A stretch of 64,000 nucleotides of DNA from a virus (IMGVR_UViG_3300017722_002753:14249-78248); one strand, 5' to 3'. Positions 8,706 to 19,287 are shown, numbered from the stretch's first letter. Translations and numbers: made by a program. Notes: generated by a model from the sequence alone, not told the origin.

Positions 8706-11700
8706 CAGAGAAAAGCATAGTGAGGATATTTTAGTGAAGGTCGATCAGAATAATCTGATGTACATCGACCCTAATAGTGTTATAAGTAAAAAGGGAGAAA
8801 TTTTACCTAGAGGTATAGACCAAGAAAACTTAGTAATGTATGTAAATCTCGAAGCAGATTTAATACCAAGGTCAACATTACTAGCCACTAACGATAAAAA
8901 TACCATGACAGAAATTGTAAAGGGAACTTTAAATTTTATGTCAAACAATGGTAAGGATTTTGATTCAACTTGGACAAACTCATATAACGGTACCGACACC
9001 CCGAGTAAATTTGATAGTGAAGGTAACCCAACAGAATTTAAAGTTACAGACACAAATTTTGATGCATCGGCACAATCATTTGGTATCCAAAGTATTAATA
9101 TAACGGTAAAAGGATCGAACTTTGTACCACAAGTACAAATAAACTTTGTTGACGTTAGAGGTAAAACATTATTTGAATCACCAGAAAATTCACCATATAA
9201 AGCATTCTTTCATATTCCTTGGCCAATATTTTATTTAACCGTTAAAGGTTATTACGGTAAGGCGATAAAATATAGATTACACTTAGTTAAATTCAGTAGT
9301 AAATTTAATCCTGCAAATGGTAATTTTGAAGTTACAACAACTTTTGTAGGATCAACGTATGCTTACATGAGTGACATACCTTTAAAGGCGGCATTATATG
9401 CACCATTTATGTTTGGTATTGAAAGTGTCGACACTCCCCAATTTAATGAAGGAAGTCAAAGTTATATACAAAAGGTTTCCAAGTCATCAAGAGGGTATGC
9501 ATTATTAAATTCGGTTTATTCCGAATACAAGAGAAAAAATTTAATACCAAAAGACTTCCCAACTAAAACACTAAAAGAAGTTGGAATTATTGCAAAATCA
9601 TTAGATAAACTTTTAGAAAAAGAAATATTTGATGAGGTTGTAGATATGAAACTTTTTGCGGCCTTAAAAGAATTTGGTGATAGAATCACATCTTTTGAGA
9701 ACGACATTAAATCTTGGGCAAAAAGAACATTGAGTCAAACACCCATTCCTAAAAATGATATTCTTTATTTTGAACTATCATCGGTGAATAAATCTGAAAT
9801 GACAAATATCACTGGTAGTACATCAACAACAACCTTAGAAAAATTAATTAACAATAATAAAATTAAGGTTAAAGAGAGTCAATTATTAACTTTAAACGTA
9901 ACCAATAAAACAGGAACCAATTTTAATTCTCAAACTATTTTATCGAGAAATGTGGAGGAGGTAGGAAACTACTATATAATAGAAAACGGTGGTAAAGTAT
10001 TGGTTGCAATAAATAAATTAATTGACGACATCGGAGGTATACGTACAACATTTAATCAACAAAAACAGAAATTACAGGATTTTGTTGAACAAAAAATGAA
10101 TACCATCGTTAAAAGAAATGGACCTGGTACTTTAGGTTTTGAACCAACGGTTAGAAATGTTTTTGCAATTATATTAGCCAATGCTGAAGTGTACATCAGA
10201 TTAATGAAAGATATACACCAACGTGCAATCGATGTTGGACAAGAAAGAAAAGACGTAATAAAAAATTTTAGTAAAGAAAGTAAAGGAGACTCAATTTATC
10301 CTTGGCCCGAAATAAAAAAACCTTTCTCCAACGGAAAACAAAATATAATTGCGTATCCTGCCGACGCTGAATTAGTTAGTAAATTACAATCTAACAATCC
10401 TGTCTTGTGGCCTGAAGTTGACTTTATAGAAAACTATATTGGAATTACTACAAATCGATATGACCCATTAGGTAATAAAGAACAAGGTGCAAATAACATC
10501 TCATATATTTTTGAAGGAAGTGATTTTGACGAAACAAAAATAAAACCAATTAGTACATTATTGAATGTTAACGGTTCATTTCCATATACAGATAAAACTC
10601 ACACCGCTTTGTTATATGAAATATGGGAAAGGTCAAAATATGCAACATTAATCGATTCATTTAATACATCAACAGTACAAGAATTGGCACTTAATGAATT
10701 TGGAAACATTTACCAATGTATTCAAGACGACGATGATTTATTAGGGGTACTTTATAATAACGTTAATTCAGATATAGATTTGGAAACGTTATTACCGGGA
10801 CTATCTGTTTTTGATAGATACCCATATAAAAAGGATAATTTACCAACTACACCATCGATTGTTGACGTGTTTGATTTTCCATTCTCAATAAAGCAATATA
10901 CAAATTTAAATAAAGCGACTTCGGTTGCGGATAATTACACAGGTTTAACTGAAAATTTAATATCATATTCGGGACCCGAATATAGAACAAACGTTTATCC
11001 ATTTAACACACCAACATATCTATCCTATATTAATAAAACTAATTTTGATACCGATGAGTTAAAACCAAATGGTACTCTTAGTTTAAACTTAAGTGAAGGT
11101 TTTATATGTTCACCAATTGATGGAAAGGCATGGGTTAAGAGTATATATACCGAAAACTTATTTGGTCAATATTTTAAAATATCAAATAGTAAAACGGAGA
11201 CATCAACAAGTATTTTAAACACACCTTATTTTCATAAACAACTACATGATGATTTCATTAAGAGTAGTCCATATGGTAAATTTGCAACATCCGCTTACCT
11301 ACTTTTAAACTCGTTACCATTTAAAGACTTAAATGATGAAATCGAATTTAATGGTAATAAGACAAGAATGTCTACCATGTTTAGAGAAGTTGGAGCAACA
11401 CACTTTATTCCATATTATTTAATATTAAAATGGGGTTCCATATATCACAGATATAAAACATATATTAACGTCGAAAATATTGGTTTTAATGATATTTTAA
11501 GTGGAGCAACTACACCAATTGACACTCAATTATTTTTTGGTGTGTCCGGAGAAACCTCAACACCGATAACCACATTTACATATACTGATGAATCGTCATC
11601 ACCTGTGACTATAAATTACAGTGACAGTGTGGGGGTACATCCATTTTATGACGCGTTATATCACCAAATTGTAAAAGGAACTAACCACTATGTTGTTAGC

Positions 11701-14523
11701 GGGGGTACAACCGCATTTCAAGATAGTATTGATGAAAAAGTTATTAGAATAAGTAAAAGAAATATTTTTAACAAAACTAATTTTGTAACTCAATTTGTTG
11801 ATAACTCACAATTTGCAGGAAACGGTTCGGATTCAACATACACAATATTACCATGTGATGGTGGAAATATATATAGTGGTAAGAAAGTTGAAACGTTCAA
11901 CAAGGAGACCGCAAGAGTTTTAGGTACAATTGCTGGATCAGCAGATATAACAGGAAATAATATTGCAACTGAAGAACAATTAAATTTTAGAGTTATTTGG
12001 TCTGACGATACAATTAATAACGACTACAGTGGTGTGACGTTACCATCGTATGAAGAATATTTCTCAACAACGGGTAACACATACGAAACAGGAAACTATA
12101 AAAAAGTATTAGATTTAATTGCAACTTTCAGTCCAATTTTATTAGATGAATTTGAAAATATATTTTTAAATTTTGCAAGTGAGAGATTAGTGGAGGAGTT
12201 ACCATATAAAACATTCGATAAGGTAAAATATTATAAATTTCAAGATTTATTAGAAAGTATTCTAACGGTTGAAAAAAAGGCAGGAGACGACTCTCTACCA
12301 ATTACAGAGGTTATTAAAAGTATTAAAGAAAGACAAGTTGAAAAATTAAAACAAGTAAGTAATGATTTATTGGTAAATGATTCTTTATTAAAGGTAACAC
12401 TTGGTAATCCAAAAGAAATTAATCCACATGTTTTGGACGGTTTTTGTGAAATTAGTACAGATAACACATTTAGTTATAATCGTTATTATATTAACGAATC
12501 ATTAGGTAATCAAGGAGATATTAATAGAGATTATTTAAATCTTTATTTAGGTCCAAACAAATTAACTGATGTTGAAAAGGTCTTATCTGACCCAATCACA
12601 GGACTTTCATTTTACGAACAATTCTTTATTGTTAATGATGTTGAATTTAAACCCGAAAACATTTTACAATTCAGACCAATCATTCAACTTTATGCGGGAT
12701 GGGCAAATAGTGGATACACCGCAAACACTGGATTTACCCCAACATCGAATGATTTTAAATCATTTTTAAGATTATCAATATTTGATGGTAACGATGGTTC
12801 AAAAAAGAGACAAACTGATTTTTTACAAAAATTAATACCGTTGTTTGATTATTTAAAAACAAAACAAAGGGTCGGAGGAATAAAATTAGATAATGGTTAT
12901 AATAACGAATTATTAAAACTTGAGATATATAATCACTTTAAATCATTTAATGACAAATGGGTTGCGGGTAATTCTATTGGGCAAAGAACATTATTAGAGG
13001 AGTTTTTATTTTTAGATAAAGCCAATAGAGATATTGGAGATAAGGTTTTCTTGAATTTAGATAAATTAATTGACATCACCGATGAAAAGAATGGAAAACT
13101 AAATTTATATGGAGCGTTAGGAGCATTGATTGCGGGAACAGGATTTGACATGAGAGCCCTACCGGCTTATGTTAATTTCTATGGAACCAACTTTTCAAAT
13201 AAAACCAAAATTACACCATCTAAAACTGTTGCAAAAAATTTATTTGGAACATTCTTAGAAGTTGATTACCAAGAGTCCGCACCAAAAATTGTGGTACAAT
13301 ATGTCGACGGACCCGTTTCTAAACGACCGGCGGACATGGGAGAAAAATATAAATTCCAAGATGATAGTTTTAATATCGGTAACGTAAATAATAATTCATT
13401 AATTATTACAACGCCCGATGTATTCAATACTGAGAATTTATCGAAATCAAATAAAGTGGTTGCGTTTGAAGTTAGTGTTGGTGACCAAAACCAAAGTATC
13501 TTTAAGAGTATACAATTGGACCAAGCAACACTTAAAAACACATCAGAATCATTTGTGGTTTTAGAAAACTTAGCAAGATCTGAATCGGGAGCAGGAACAT
13601 ATAATGTAGACATTGGTTTATTTGATTACTATAGACAAGCGTCATATAGTTGTGAGGTAACATGTATGGGTAATGTAATGATACAACCAACAATGTTCTT
13701 TTATTTAAAAAATATACCAATGTTTAAGGGTTCATATTGGATTACTGAGGTGAGTCATCAAATTAGAGGTACAGGTATCGAAACGACTTTTAAAGGAACT
13801 AGACTTCCATCAATATCGTTACCCGACCCTAAAGATTCGTTCGTATCAAGTTATAGAACCCTGTTTGATAAAATCATGAATAAAGCGGTGGTTAAGATAA
13901 ACGAATTAAACAAAAGCACCACAACAAGTGAAATTGTAATCACTGCACAAGGAAGTTTCGTAATTGATAAAGGTGAGAAAAAAATCAATGGAGAGGAATT
14001 AATAAAAGAATCAAACGTTGATGAATTTGGTATCCCATACAATGGAGCAGAAAATGAAAAATATATCCAAAAGGTTAAATTTGGAAATAAAGAATGGTAT
14101 AGGGCGGTTGCAATTGAAATGGGAAGTGAAAAATACCCAATACCGGCTGACACAACTATGTCAATCGTTAATTTAGAAGGAACTTTAAAACATATTAAAT
14201 GGTCGGGAATTAAGGATAATGGTCAGAAATACTACTCAACCAAATTTATACCGTCATCTACACCTGCTAAATTATTACTTTCTAATCAGACCCAAACGGT
14301 GTTTTTAAATCCTGAAAAACCTAGCGATGAAATAACATTAGACCACTATGTAAACCAAGTATTAGAGAACGATGTGGTAAAATATGACCAATCAACATTC
14401 CAAGGTCCAATTAATATAGGACCAAATGTTATAGGTTATGGTATCGGATTATCCAAGAAACTGATGGATGATTTAAAAGTTTTTCCAGGTGGAGTCCTTT
14501 ATTTCCGAATAAAAAAGAAATAA
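8695..14523 (+). CDS. Large baseplate hub protein (gp27 / late control D-like with long insertions)
   Basis: 1942 aa; SFGIQSINITV...VDVRG near the N-terminus and YSCEVTCMGNVMIQPTMFFYLKNIPMFKGSYWITEVSHQI...TTFKGTR near the C-terminus; follows the LysM gene. Confidence 0.68.
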   Translation: MGSNREKHSEDILVKVDQNNLMYIDPNSVISKKGEILPRGIDQENLVMYVNLEADLIPRSTLLATNDKNTMTEIVKGTLNFMSNNGKDFDSTWTNSYNGTDTPSKFDSEGNPTEFKVTDTNFDASAQSFGIQSINITVKGSNFVPQVQINFVDVRGKTLFESPENSPYKAFFHIPWPIFYLTVKGYYGKAIKYRLHLVKFSSKFNPANGNFEVTTTFVGSTYAYMSDIPLKAALYAPFMFGIESVDTPQFNEGSQSYIQKVSKSSRGYALLNSVYSEYKRKNLIPKDFPTKTLKEVGIIAKSLDKLLEKEIFDEVVDMKLFAALKEFGDRITSFENDIKSWAKRTLSQTPIPKNDILYFELSSVNKSEMTNITGSTSTTTLEKLINNNKIKVKESQLLTLNVTNKTGTNFNSQTILSRNVEEVGNYYIIENGGKVLVAINKLIDDIGGIRTTFNQQKQKLQDFVEQKMNTIVKRNGPGTLGFEPTVRNVFAIILANAEVYIRLMKDIHQRAIDVGQERKDVIKNFSKESKGDSIYPWPEIKKPFSNGKQNIIAYPADAELVSKLQSNNPVLWPEVDFIENYIGITTNRYDPLGNKEQGANNISYIFEGSDFDETKIKPISTLLNVNGSFPYTDKTHTALLYEIWERSKYATLIDSFNTSTVQELALNEFGNIYQCIQDDDDLLGVLYNNVNSDIDLETLLPGLSVFDRYPYKKDNLPTTPSIVDVFDFPFSIKQYTNLNKATSVADNYTGLTENLISYSGPEYRTNVYPFNTPTYLSYINKTNFDTDELKPNGTLSLNLSEGFICSPIDGKAWVKSIYTENLFGQYFKISNSKTETSTSILNTPYFHKQLHDDFIKSSPYGKFATSAYLLLNSLPFKDLNDEIEFNGNKTRMSTMFREVGATHFIPYYLILKWGSIYHRYKTYINVENIGFNDILSGATTPIDTQLFFGVSGETSTPITTFTYTDESSSPVTINYSDSVGVHPFYDALYHQIVKGTNHYVVSGGTTAFQDSIDEKVIRISKRNIFNKTNFVTQFVDNSQFAGNGSDSTYTILPCDGGNIYSGKKVETFNKETARVLGTIAGSADITGNNIATEEQLNFRVIWSDDTINNDYSGVTLPSYEEYFSTTGNTYETGNYKKVLDLIATFSPILLDEFENIFLNFASERLVEELPYKTFDKVKYYKFQDLLESILTVEKKAGDDSLPITEVIKSIKERQVEKLKQVSNDLLVNDSLLKVTLGNPKEINPHVLDGFCEISTDNTFSYNRYYINESLGNQGDINRDYLNLYLGPNKLTDVEKVLSDPITGLSFYEQFFIVNDVEFKPENILQFRPIIQLYAGWANSGYTANTGFTPTSNDFKSFLRLSIFDGNDGSKKRQTDFLQKLIPLFDYLKTKQRVGGIKLDNGYNNELLKLEIYNHFKSFNDKWVAGNSIGQRTLLEEFLFLDKANRDIGDKVFLNLDKLIDITDEKNGKLNLYGALGALIAGTGFDMRALPAYVNFYGTNFSNKTKITPSKTVAKNLFGTFLEVDYQESAPKIVVQYVDGPVSKRPADMGEKYKFQDDSFNIGNVNNNSLIITTPDVFNTENLSKSNKVVAFEVSVGDQNQSIFKSIQLDQATLKNTSESFVVLENLARSESGAGTYNVDIGLFDYYRQASYSCEVTCMGNVMIQPTMFFYLKNIPMFKGSYWITEVSHQIRGTGIETTFKGTRLPSISLPDPKDSFVSSYRTLFDKIMNKAVVKINELNKSTTTSEIVITAQGSFVIDKGEKKINGEELIKESNVDEFGIPYNGAENEKYIQKVKFGNKEWYRAVAIEMGSEKYPIPADTTMSIVNLEGTLKHIKWSGIKDNGQKYYSTKFIPSSTPAKLLLSNQTQTVFLNPEKPSDEITLDHYVNQVLENDVVKYDQSTFQGPINIGPNVIGYGIGLSKKLMDDLKVFPGGVLYFRIKKK

Positions 14524-14562
14524 TAACAATATTGGGATATTTATACTTATAACATTAATAAT

Positions 14563-14766
14563 ATGGAGAACAATAAAATGAACAACAGTATTAATCAATT
14601 CTTAAATCCAAAACAAGTTAAGACCGTATCTGACGATGGAATGGAGAGAGAAGAATGTGATTTAGTAACAGGAGAATGTTACACAATTAGAGAAAAAGAC
14701 GGAATCGTTGAAAGAATAAATAAAAGGTACATCACAAATGATGGTAGACAATTATTACAAGACTAA
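14563..14766 (+). CDS. Hypothetical protein (67 aa)
   Basis: Compact ORF preceded by a TATTTATA box (14538-14545); contains ECDLVTGEC. Confidence 0.7.
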   Translation: MENNKMNNSINQFLNPKQVKTVSDDGMEREECDLVTGECYTIREKDGIVERINKRYITNDGRQLLQD

Positions 14767-14770
14767 AGCT

Positions 14771-15430
14771 ATGTTAGAACAAAAATTATTAGAAGAACTT
14801 AATCGTCACAGAGCAATTAACAAATATGCTAAGAAAATGATTATGGAACAGGATGCACCTCCAGCACCACCAACAGATGATGCTGCAATGCCACCGGCTG
14901 ACGACTCAGCATTACCTCCAATGGATGATACCACGACTCCTCCGGCTGATGATGCATCGGTACCACCACCACCAACTGATGATTTAGATGGGGATATGGG
15001 TGGAGACACTGAAGAAATTGATATTACAGATTTAGTTAATATGACTAAAAGTATTAAAAAGGATATTGATGACAATAAAAATGACAACAGTAATGTGATT
15101 GGACAAATGGATTCTGTTTTCAGTAAGTTAGGTGATTTGGAACAAAAATTATCTAGCATGGATTCAGTGATTGCAAAAATTGACGAGTTGGGTACTAAAA
15201 TACAAAACATGAAAGAACCAACCGCTCAAGAAAGACTTGAAATGCGTTCATTGGATTCTTATCCGTTCAATCAAAACCCACAACAATTCTTCGCCGCAAA
15301 ACAAGGTGAAATGAGACAAAGTGGTAAAAATGAATATGTATTAACAAAACAAGACGTACAAGATTATTCAGCCGATACTGTAAAAACTTCATTTAATCCT
15401 GAAAACCAACAAGATGAATATCGCTACTAA
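14771..15430 (+). CDS. Acidic Pro-rich/coiled-coil protein, possibly a head or scaffold-type late protein
   Basis: The track starts at 14738, but ATG 14771 just after the upstream stop is more likely. MLEQKLLEELNRH..IMEQ, then a Pro/Asp-rich linker and a heptad-like segment. Confidence 0.6.
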   Translation: MLEQKLLEELNRHRAINKYAKKMIMEQDAPPAPPTDDAAMPPADDSALPPMDDTTTPPADDASVPPPPTDDLDGDMGGDTEEIDITDLVNMTKSIKKDIDDNKNDNSNVIGQMDSVFSKLGDLEQKLSSMDSVIAKIDELGTKIQNMKEPTAQERLEMRSLDSYPFNQNPQQFFAAKQGEMRQSGKNEYVLTKQDVQDYSADTVKTSFNPENQQDEYRY

Positions 15431-15779
15431 TGTAAATTTTTTATTGGGATTACAAATGCAGATGAGAATTAATCATTGGCAAACAAAAGGTTTTGCTAGA
15501 CACAATGCTTTTGGAGGATTTTACGAAGTTTTGGATGGTTTAATTGATACCTTTATTGAAGCTTCAATGGGAAAATATGGAAGATTCACATTAGATGATG
15601 AAACCAAAACAATACAATTAAATAACTTATCAGATATAGATATGAAAGGATTAATCACAACTGTTAGGAGTGCATTCGTACAAATGGAATTAGACCCTAC
15701 AGATACTGATTTATTGAATATTCGTGACGAAATGTTAGGTGAATTAAATAAATTAAGTTATTTATTAACTTTAGAATAA
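15414..15779 (+). CDS. Ferritin/Dps-like four-helix protein (DUF5856-like)
   Basis: 121 aa; HWQTKGFARHNAFGGFYEVLDGLIDTFIE resembles the Dps/ferritin HWNxxG..HxxFxxxYxxLxxxxDxxxE pattern. Confidence 0.6.
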   Translation: MNIATNVNFLLGLQMQMRINHWQTKGFARHNAFGGFYEVLDGLIDTFIEASMGKYGRFTLDDETKTIQLNNLSDIDMKGLITTVRSAFVQMELDPTDTDLLNIRDEMLGELNKLSYLLTLE

Positions 15780-15793
15780 AATAATTAAGAAAA

Positions 15794-16270
15794 ATGATTT
15801 CAGGTTCATTCGCAACAACAGGTTCAACACAAACAAGAACTAGTTTATCATACATAAATGAATTAGTTACGGGTGCAACAGCACACGGTCGTTATTATAT
15901 AGTGGTTCCAAATCAATATATGGATGACAGTATGGCCAATGTATTAAGAAGTACATATGGATACAAAGTACAAGCTAAAAACAGTTCAATGGGTACTTCC
16001 GACGATTATACAATATCATGGGGATTACCAATACCAACTGCAACGCCTACATCAACAGCATATCCAACATCCACACCAACCAATACTCCAAATCCAACAC
16101 CTAACCCGACTGAAACTAATAATCCTACCGCAACTCCAAGTAGTACACCAGCACCAACGGCAAGTCCTACACCAAGTAGTACTCCGGCGCCAACTCCAAG
16201 CAGTACACCAGCACCAACGGCAAGTCCTACACCAAGTGGTACTCCGTCACCGAGTCCTACCGCAACGTAA
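15794..16270 (+). CDS. Small virion-type protein with a C-terminal Pro/Thr/Ser tail
   Basis: About 76-aa globular-looking N-terminal part ending YTISW, followed by about 80 aa of PT/PS repeats. Confidence 0.7.
   Translation: MISGSFATTGSTQTRTSLSYINELVTGATAHGRYYIVVPNQYMDDSMANVLRSTYGYKVQAKNSSMGTSDDYTISWGLPIPTATPTSTAYPTSTPTNTPNPTPNPTETNNPTATPSSTPAPTASPTPSSTPAPTPSSTPAPTASPTPSGTPSPSPTAT
16131..16246 (+). repeat. Tandem duplication with a 60-bp period inside the PT tail
   Basis: 16131-16186 and 16191-16246 are identical apart from two mismatches. Confidence 0.9.
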
Positions 16271-16298
16271 CAAATTAAAAATATTTTAAAAATAATTT

Positions 16299-16328
16299 AA
16301 CCTGGATTTTATAATTCGGGTTTTTTTA
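16299..16328 (+). terminator. Intrinsic terminator ending the tail/late block
   Basis: Stem aacctgga/ttcgggtt (with G-U pairs) followed by a T-run. Confidence 0.65.
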
Positions 16329-16373
16329 TGTATCTTTTTTTATAACTGAATTTATAATTAAAATTTAAAAATT

Positions 16374-17216
16374 ATGTCAACATTTGATGCAGTACTAGCA
16401 CAGTACGAGAAAAGCAAAAACGCCACAAGTGGCAATGCAAACAAATTTAACCAAGAAGACAGAATGAAGAAATACTTCACAACTGTACTTCTTAAAGGTT
16501 CTAAGGGTGAAGAGAGAAGAATTCGTATTCTTCCTACCCAAGATGGTTCCTCACCATTTAAAGAGGTGTATTTCCACGAAATTCAAGTAGGTGGAAAATG
16601 GGTAAAACTTTTTGACCCAAAACAAGAAGGAAAACGTTCACCATTGAACGAAGTTAAAGAAGGTTTAGAGATGACTGGTGTTGACTCTGACCGTGAATTA
16701 GCTCGTCAATATCGTTCACGTAAATTCTATATTGTTAAAGTTATCGACCGTGACCACGAACAAGATGGTCCCAAATTTTGGAGATTTAAGCACAACGCAA
16801 AACAAGATGGTATCTTAGATAAAATCTTCCCAATCTTCCAAAAGAAAGGTGACATCAGTAATCCTGAAAATGGACGTGATTTAACCTTGTTCTTAACCCT
16901 AACTAAATCGGGTACAGGTAAAGAGTACACAACAATTAATTCTATTATCCCTGAAGACTCCTCACCTCTTAATACAGATGAGGCGGTTGCAAAAGTATGG
17001 TTAGGTGATGAACTAACATGGTCTGATGTATATTCCAAAAAACCTGAAGAATATCTTGAAATGGTTGCAAGAGGTGAAGAACCACGTTGGGATAATGATT
17101 CTAAGAAGTGGGTTTCAAATGCACAAGGTGAAGAAGTATTATCGGCGCCAAAAACGGCAACTCCTGTGGTTGACCCACAAGAAGAAGACGATACGGATTC
17201 GGATTTACCATTCTAA
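16374..17216 (+). CDS. Single-stranded DNA-binding protein (T4 gp32-like)
   Basis: 280 aa; RIRILP...FKEVYFH, FYIVKVIDRD, PKFWRF, GRDLTL and an acidic DDTDSDLPF tail; precedes RecA. Confidence 0.78.
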   Translation: MSTFDAVLAQYEKSKNATSGNANKFNQEDRMKKYFTTVLLKGSKGEERRIRILPTQDGSSPFKEVYFHEIQVGGKWVKLFDPKQEGKRSPLNEVKEGLEMTGVDSDRELARQYRSRKFYIVKVIDRDHEQDGPKFWRFKHNAKQDGILDKIFPIFQKKGDISNPENGRDLTLFLTLTKSGTGKEYTTINSIIPEDSSPLNTDEAVAKVWLGDELTWSDVYSKKPEEYLEMVARGEEPRWDNDSKKWVSNAQGEEVLSAPKTATPVVDPQEEDDTDSDLPF

Positions 17217-17228
17217 TTAATTCATAAT

Positions 17229-17260
17229 ATGTTCCCGACACTAATGTCGGGAACATCTTT
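17229..17260 (+). terminator. Perfect 12-bp hairpin between ssb and recA (terminator or processing site)
   Basis: atgttcccgaca-ctaa-tgtcgggaacat followed by ctttt. Confidence 0.7.
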
Positions 17261-17273
17261 TAAAAACAACAAC

Positions 17274-18254
17274 ATGGCAGGAATTAAAAAAACAGATTTC
17301 TCGGCGATTAAGAAGAAATTCTCAAAAGAGGCCGAATATAAACCAGACCGTTTCTTCGATTTGGGAGATGCTTTCTTGGATGCAACGGGTATACCTGGAC
17401 CTGCAATGGGACACATCAATATGTTATTAGGACATAGTGATACGGGTAAAACAACCGCACTTGTAAAGTCAGCAGTAGACGCACAAAAGAAAAACATTGT
17501 TCCTGTGTTTATTATCACAGAACAAAAATGGAGTTGGGACCACGCAGAATTAATGGGTTTTGATAGAAATGGAGATTATCTTTTCAATAGTGATTTTGAA
17601 TATATCGAACAAATTACAGAATATATCAATGAATTGTTAGATGCACAAGAAAAGGGAGATATACCTCACGATTTATTAATCCTTTGGGATTCGGTAGGTT
17701 CGGTTCCATGTAAGATGACTTACGACGGTAAAGGTGGTAAACAACACAATGCATCGGTATTAGCTGACAAAATTGGAATGGGTATCAACCAACGTATCTC
17801 AGGGTCAAGAAGGACAGATAAACCTTATACAAACACATTAATCATCGTTAATCAACCTTGGGTAGAATTACCTGACAATCCTTTTGGACAACCAAAGATT
17901 AAAGCAAAAGGTGGAGAAGCAATTTGGTTAAACTCAAGTATTGTATTCTTATTTGGTAATCAAAAAGGAGCGGGTACAACTAAAATTTCAATCACTAAAG
18001 ATAAGAGAAAAGTTAAAATTGCAACAAGAACAAAAATCTCTATCATGAAGAACCATATCAATGGTTTGGGATATGAAGATGGACGTATCTTGGTTACATC
18101 ACACGGATTTATGAGTGGAAGAGAAGAAGGTGAAGAAAAGAAATCTCTTGAAGAATACAAAAAAGAGTGTGGTGAATACATCAGTAAGATGTTAGGTGTT
18201 AATGTTACAGACATCGAAGACGTAGAAGTTGTAACAGAAGAAAGTGACCTATAA
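17274..18254 (+). CDS. recA: RecA/UvsX-like recombinase
   Basis: Walker A GHSDTGKTT, LILWDSVGS, LIIVNQPW, KAKGGEAIW. Start moved from 17229 (inside the hairpin) to ATG 17274 (MAGIKK). Confidence 0.9.
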   Translation: MAGIKKTDFSAIKKKFSKEAEYKPDRFFDLGDAFLDATGIPGPAMGHINMLLGHSDTGKTTALVKSAVDAQKKNIVPVFIITEQKWSWDHAELMGFDRNGDYLFNSDFEYIEQITEYINELLDAQEKGDIPHDLLILWDSVGSVPCKMTYDGKGGKQHNASVLADKIGMGINQRISGSRRTDKPYTNTLIIVNQPWVELPDNPFGQPKIKAKGGEAIWLNSSIVFLFGNQKGAGTTKISITKDKRKVKIATRTKISIMKNHINGLGYEDGRILVTSHGFMSGREEGEEKKSLEEYKKECGEYISKMLGVNVTDIEDVEVVTEESDL

Positions 18255-18267
18255 TATAAATGAATAA

Positions 18268-19287
18268 ATGTCTGTTTTATTAGTTGATGGAGATAATCTA
18301 CTTACAATTGGTTTCTATGGTCTTAAGAATCACTTCTATAAAGGAAAGCACTTTGGAGCATTGTATCATTTTATTAATACTCTTAGGAGATCGTTTGAGA
18401 TATACCATTTAGACAAGATTGTCGTATTTTGGGACGGAGAAAACGGACACCAACCAAGAAAACAGATATATCATTTATATAAAGAAAATAGACGGTCTCG
18501 TTTAAGAACCGACGAAGAAATCAATTCGTACAATACCCAAAGACAAAGAGTCAAACAATACTTAGAAGAATTATTTGTAAGACAAGGAGAGTATCCATTG
18601 TGTGAAACGGACGACAGTATCGCATATTACACGCAAAATTCACCAAACGAAAACAAAATCGTTTACTCGAGTGACGGAGACCTAACTCAACTTGTTTCTG
18701 AAAAAACACAAATTTACAACCCTTCACATCAGAAACTTTATAAGGTAAATGATACCATAGTTTATAGTCATGAAAACATTTTAATTGAAAACGTTAAATT
18801 GGTTAAGATGCTATGTGGTGACCCATCTGATAATATATCTGGAATCAAAAATATGGGGATAAAGAGACTTATTTCCATGTTCCCTGAGGTTAAGGATAGA
18901 AAGGTAACCTTAGAAGAAATCAGAGAAAAAACAAACCTTTTATTTGAAGATGACAAACACAATTGGTTACTTAGGAATTTACTAACAGGTGTAACCAAAC
19001 ATGGTGTTTTTGGGGAGGAGTTTTACGAAATCAATAACAGAATTGTAAGTCTTGATGAACCCTTATTAACAGATGAAGCAAAAGAAAATATAATTGCATT
19101 AATCAATGAAAATTTAGACCCCGAAGGACGGTCATATAAAAATACTATGAAAATGATGATGGAAGACGGACTCTTCCAAGTATTACCAAAATCAGACGAT
19201 GCTTGGACTAATTTCTTAAATCCCTTTCTTAGATTAACAAGAAAAGAAAAAAATAAAAGGACAATTAAAATTAAAAACTATGAGTAA
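18268..19287 (+). CDS. 5'-3' exonuclease (Pol I N-terminal / T4 RNase H-like)
   Basis: LLVDGDNL, VVFWDG, ETDDSIA, SSDGDLTQL and LCGDPSDNISGIKNMGIK (helix-hairpin-helix). Confidence 0.9.
   Translation: MSVLLVDGDNLLTIGFYGLKNHFYKGKHFGALYHFINTLRRSFEIYHLDKIVVFWDGENGHQPRKQIYHLYKENRRSRLRTDEEINSYNTQRQRVKQYLEELFVRQGEYPLCETDDSIAYYTQNSPNENKIVYSSDGDLTQLVSEKTQIYNPSHQKLYKVNDTIVYSHENILIENVKLVKMLCGDPSDNISGIKNMGIKRLISMFPEVKDRKVTLEEIREKTNLLFEDDKHNWLLRNLLTGVTKHGVFGEEFYEINNRIVSLDEPLLTDEAKENIIALINENLDPEGRSYKNTMKMMMEDGLFQVLPKSDDAWTNFLNPFLRLTRKEKNKRTIKIKNYE

Noticed and set aside
132-14523. Stand-alone extracellular contractile injection system in a bacterial chromosome
   Set aside because: It is flanked by phage-type replication, recombination and sigma genes with no bacterial housekeeping context.
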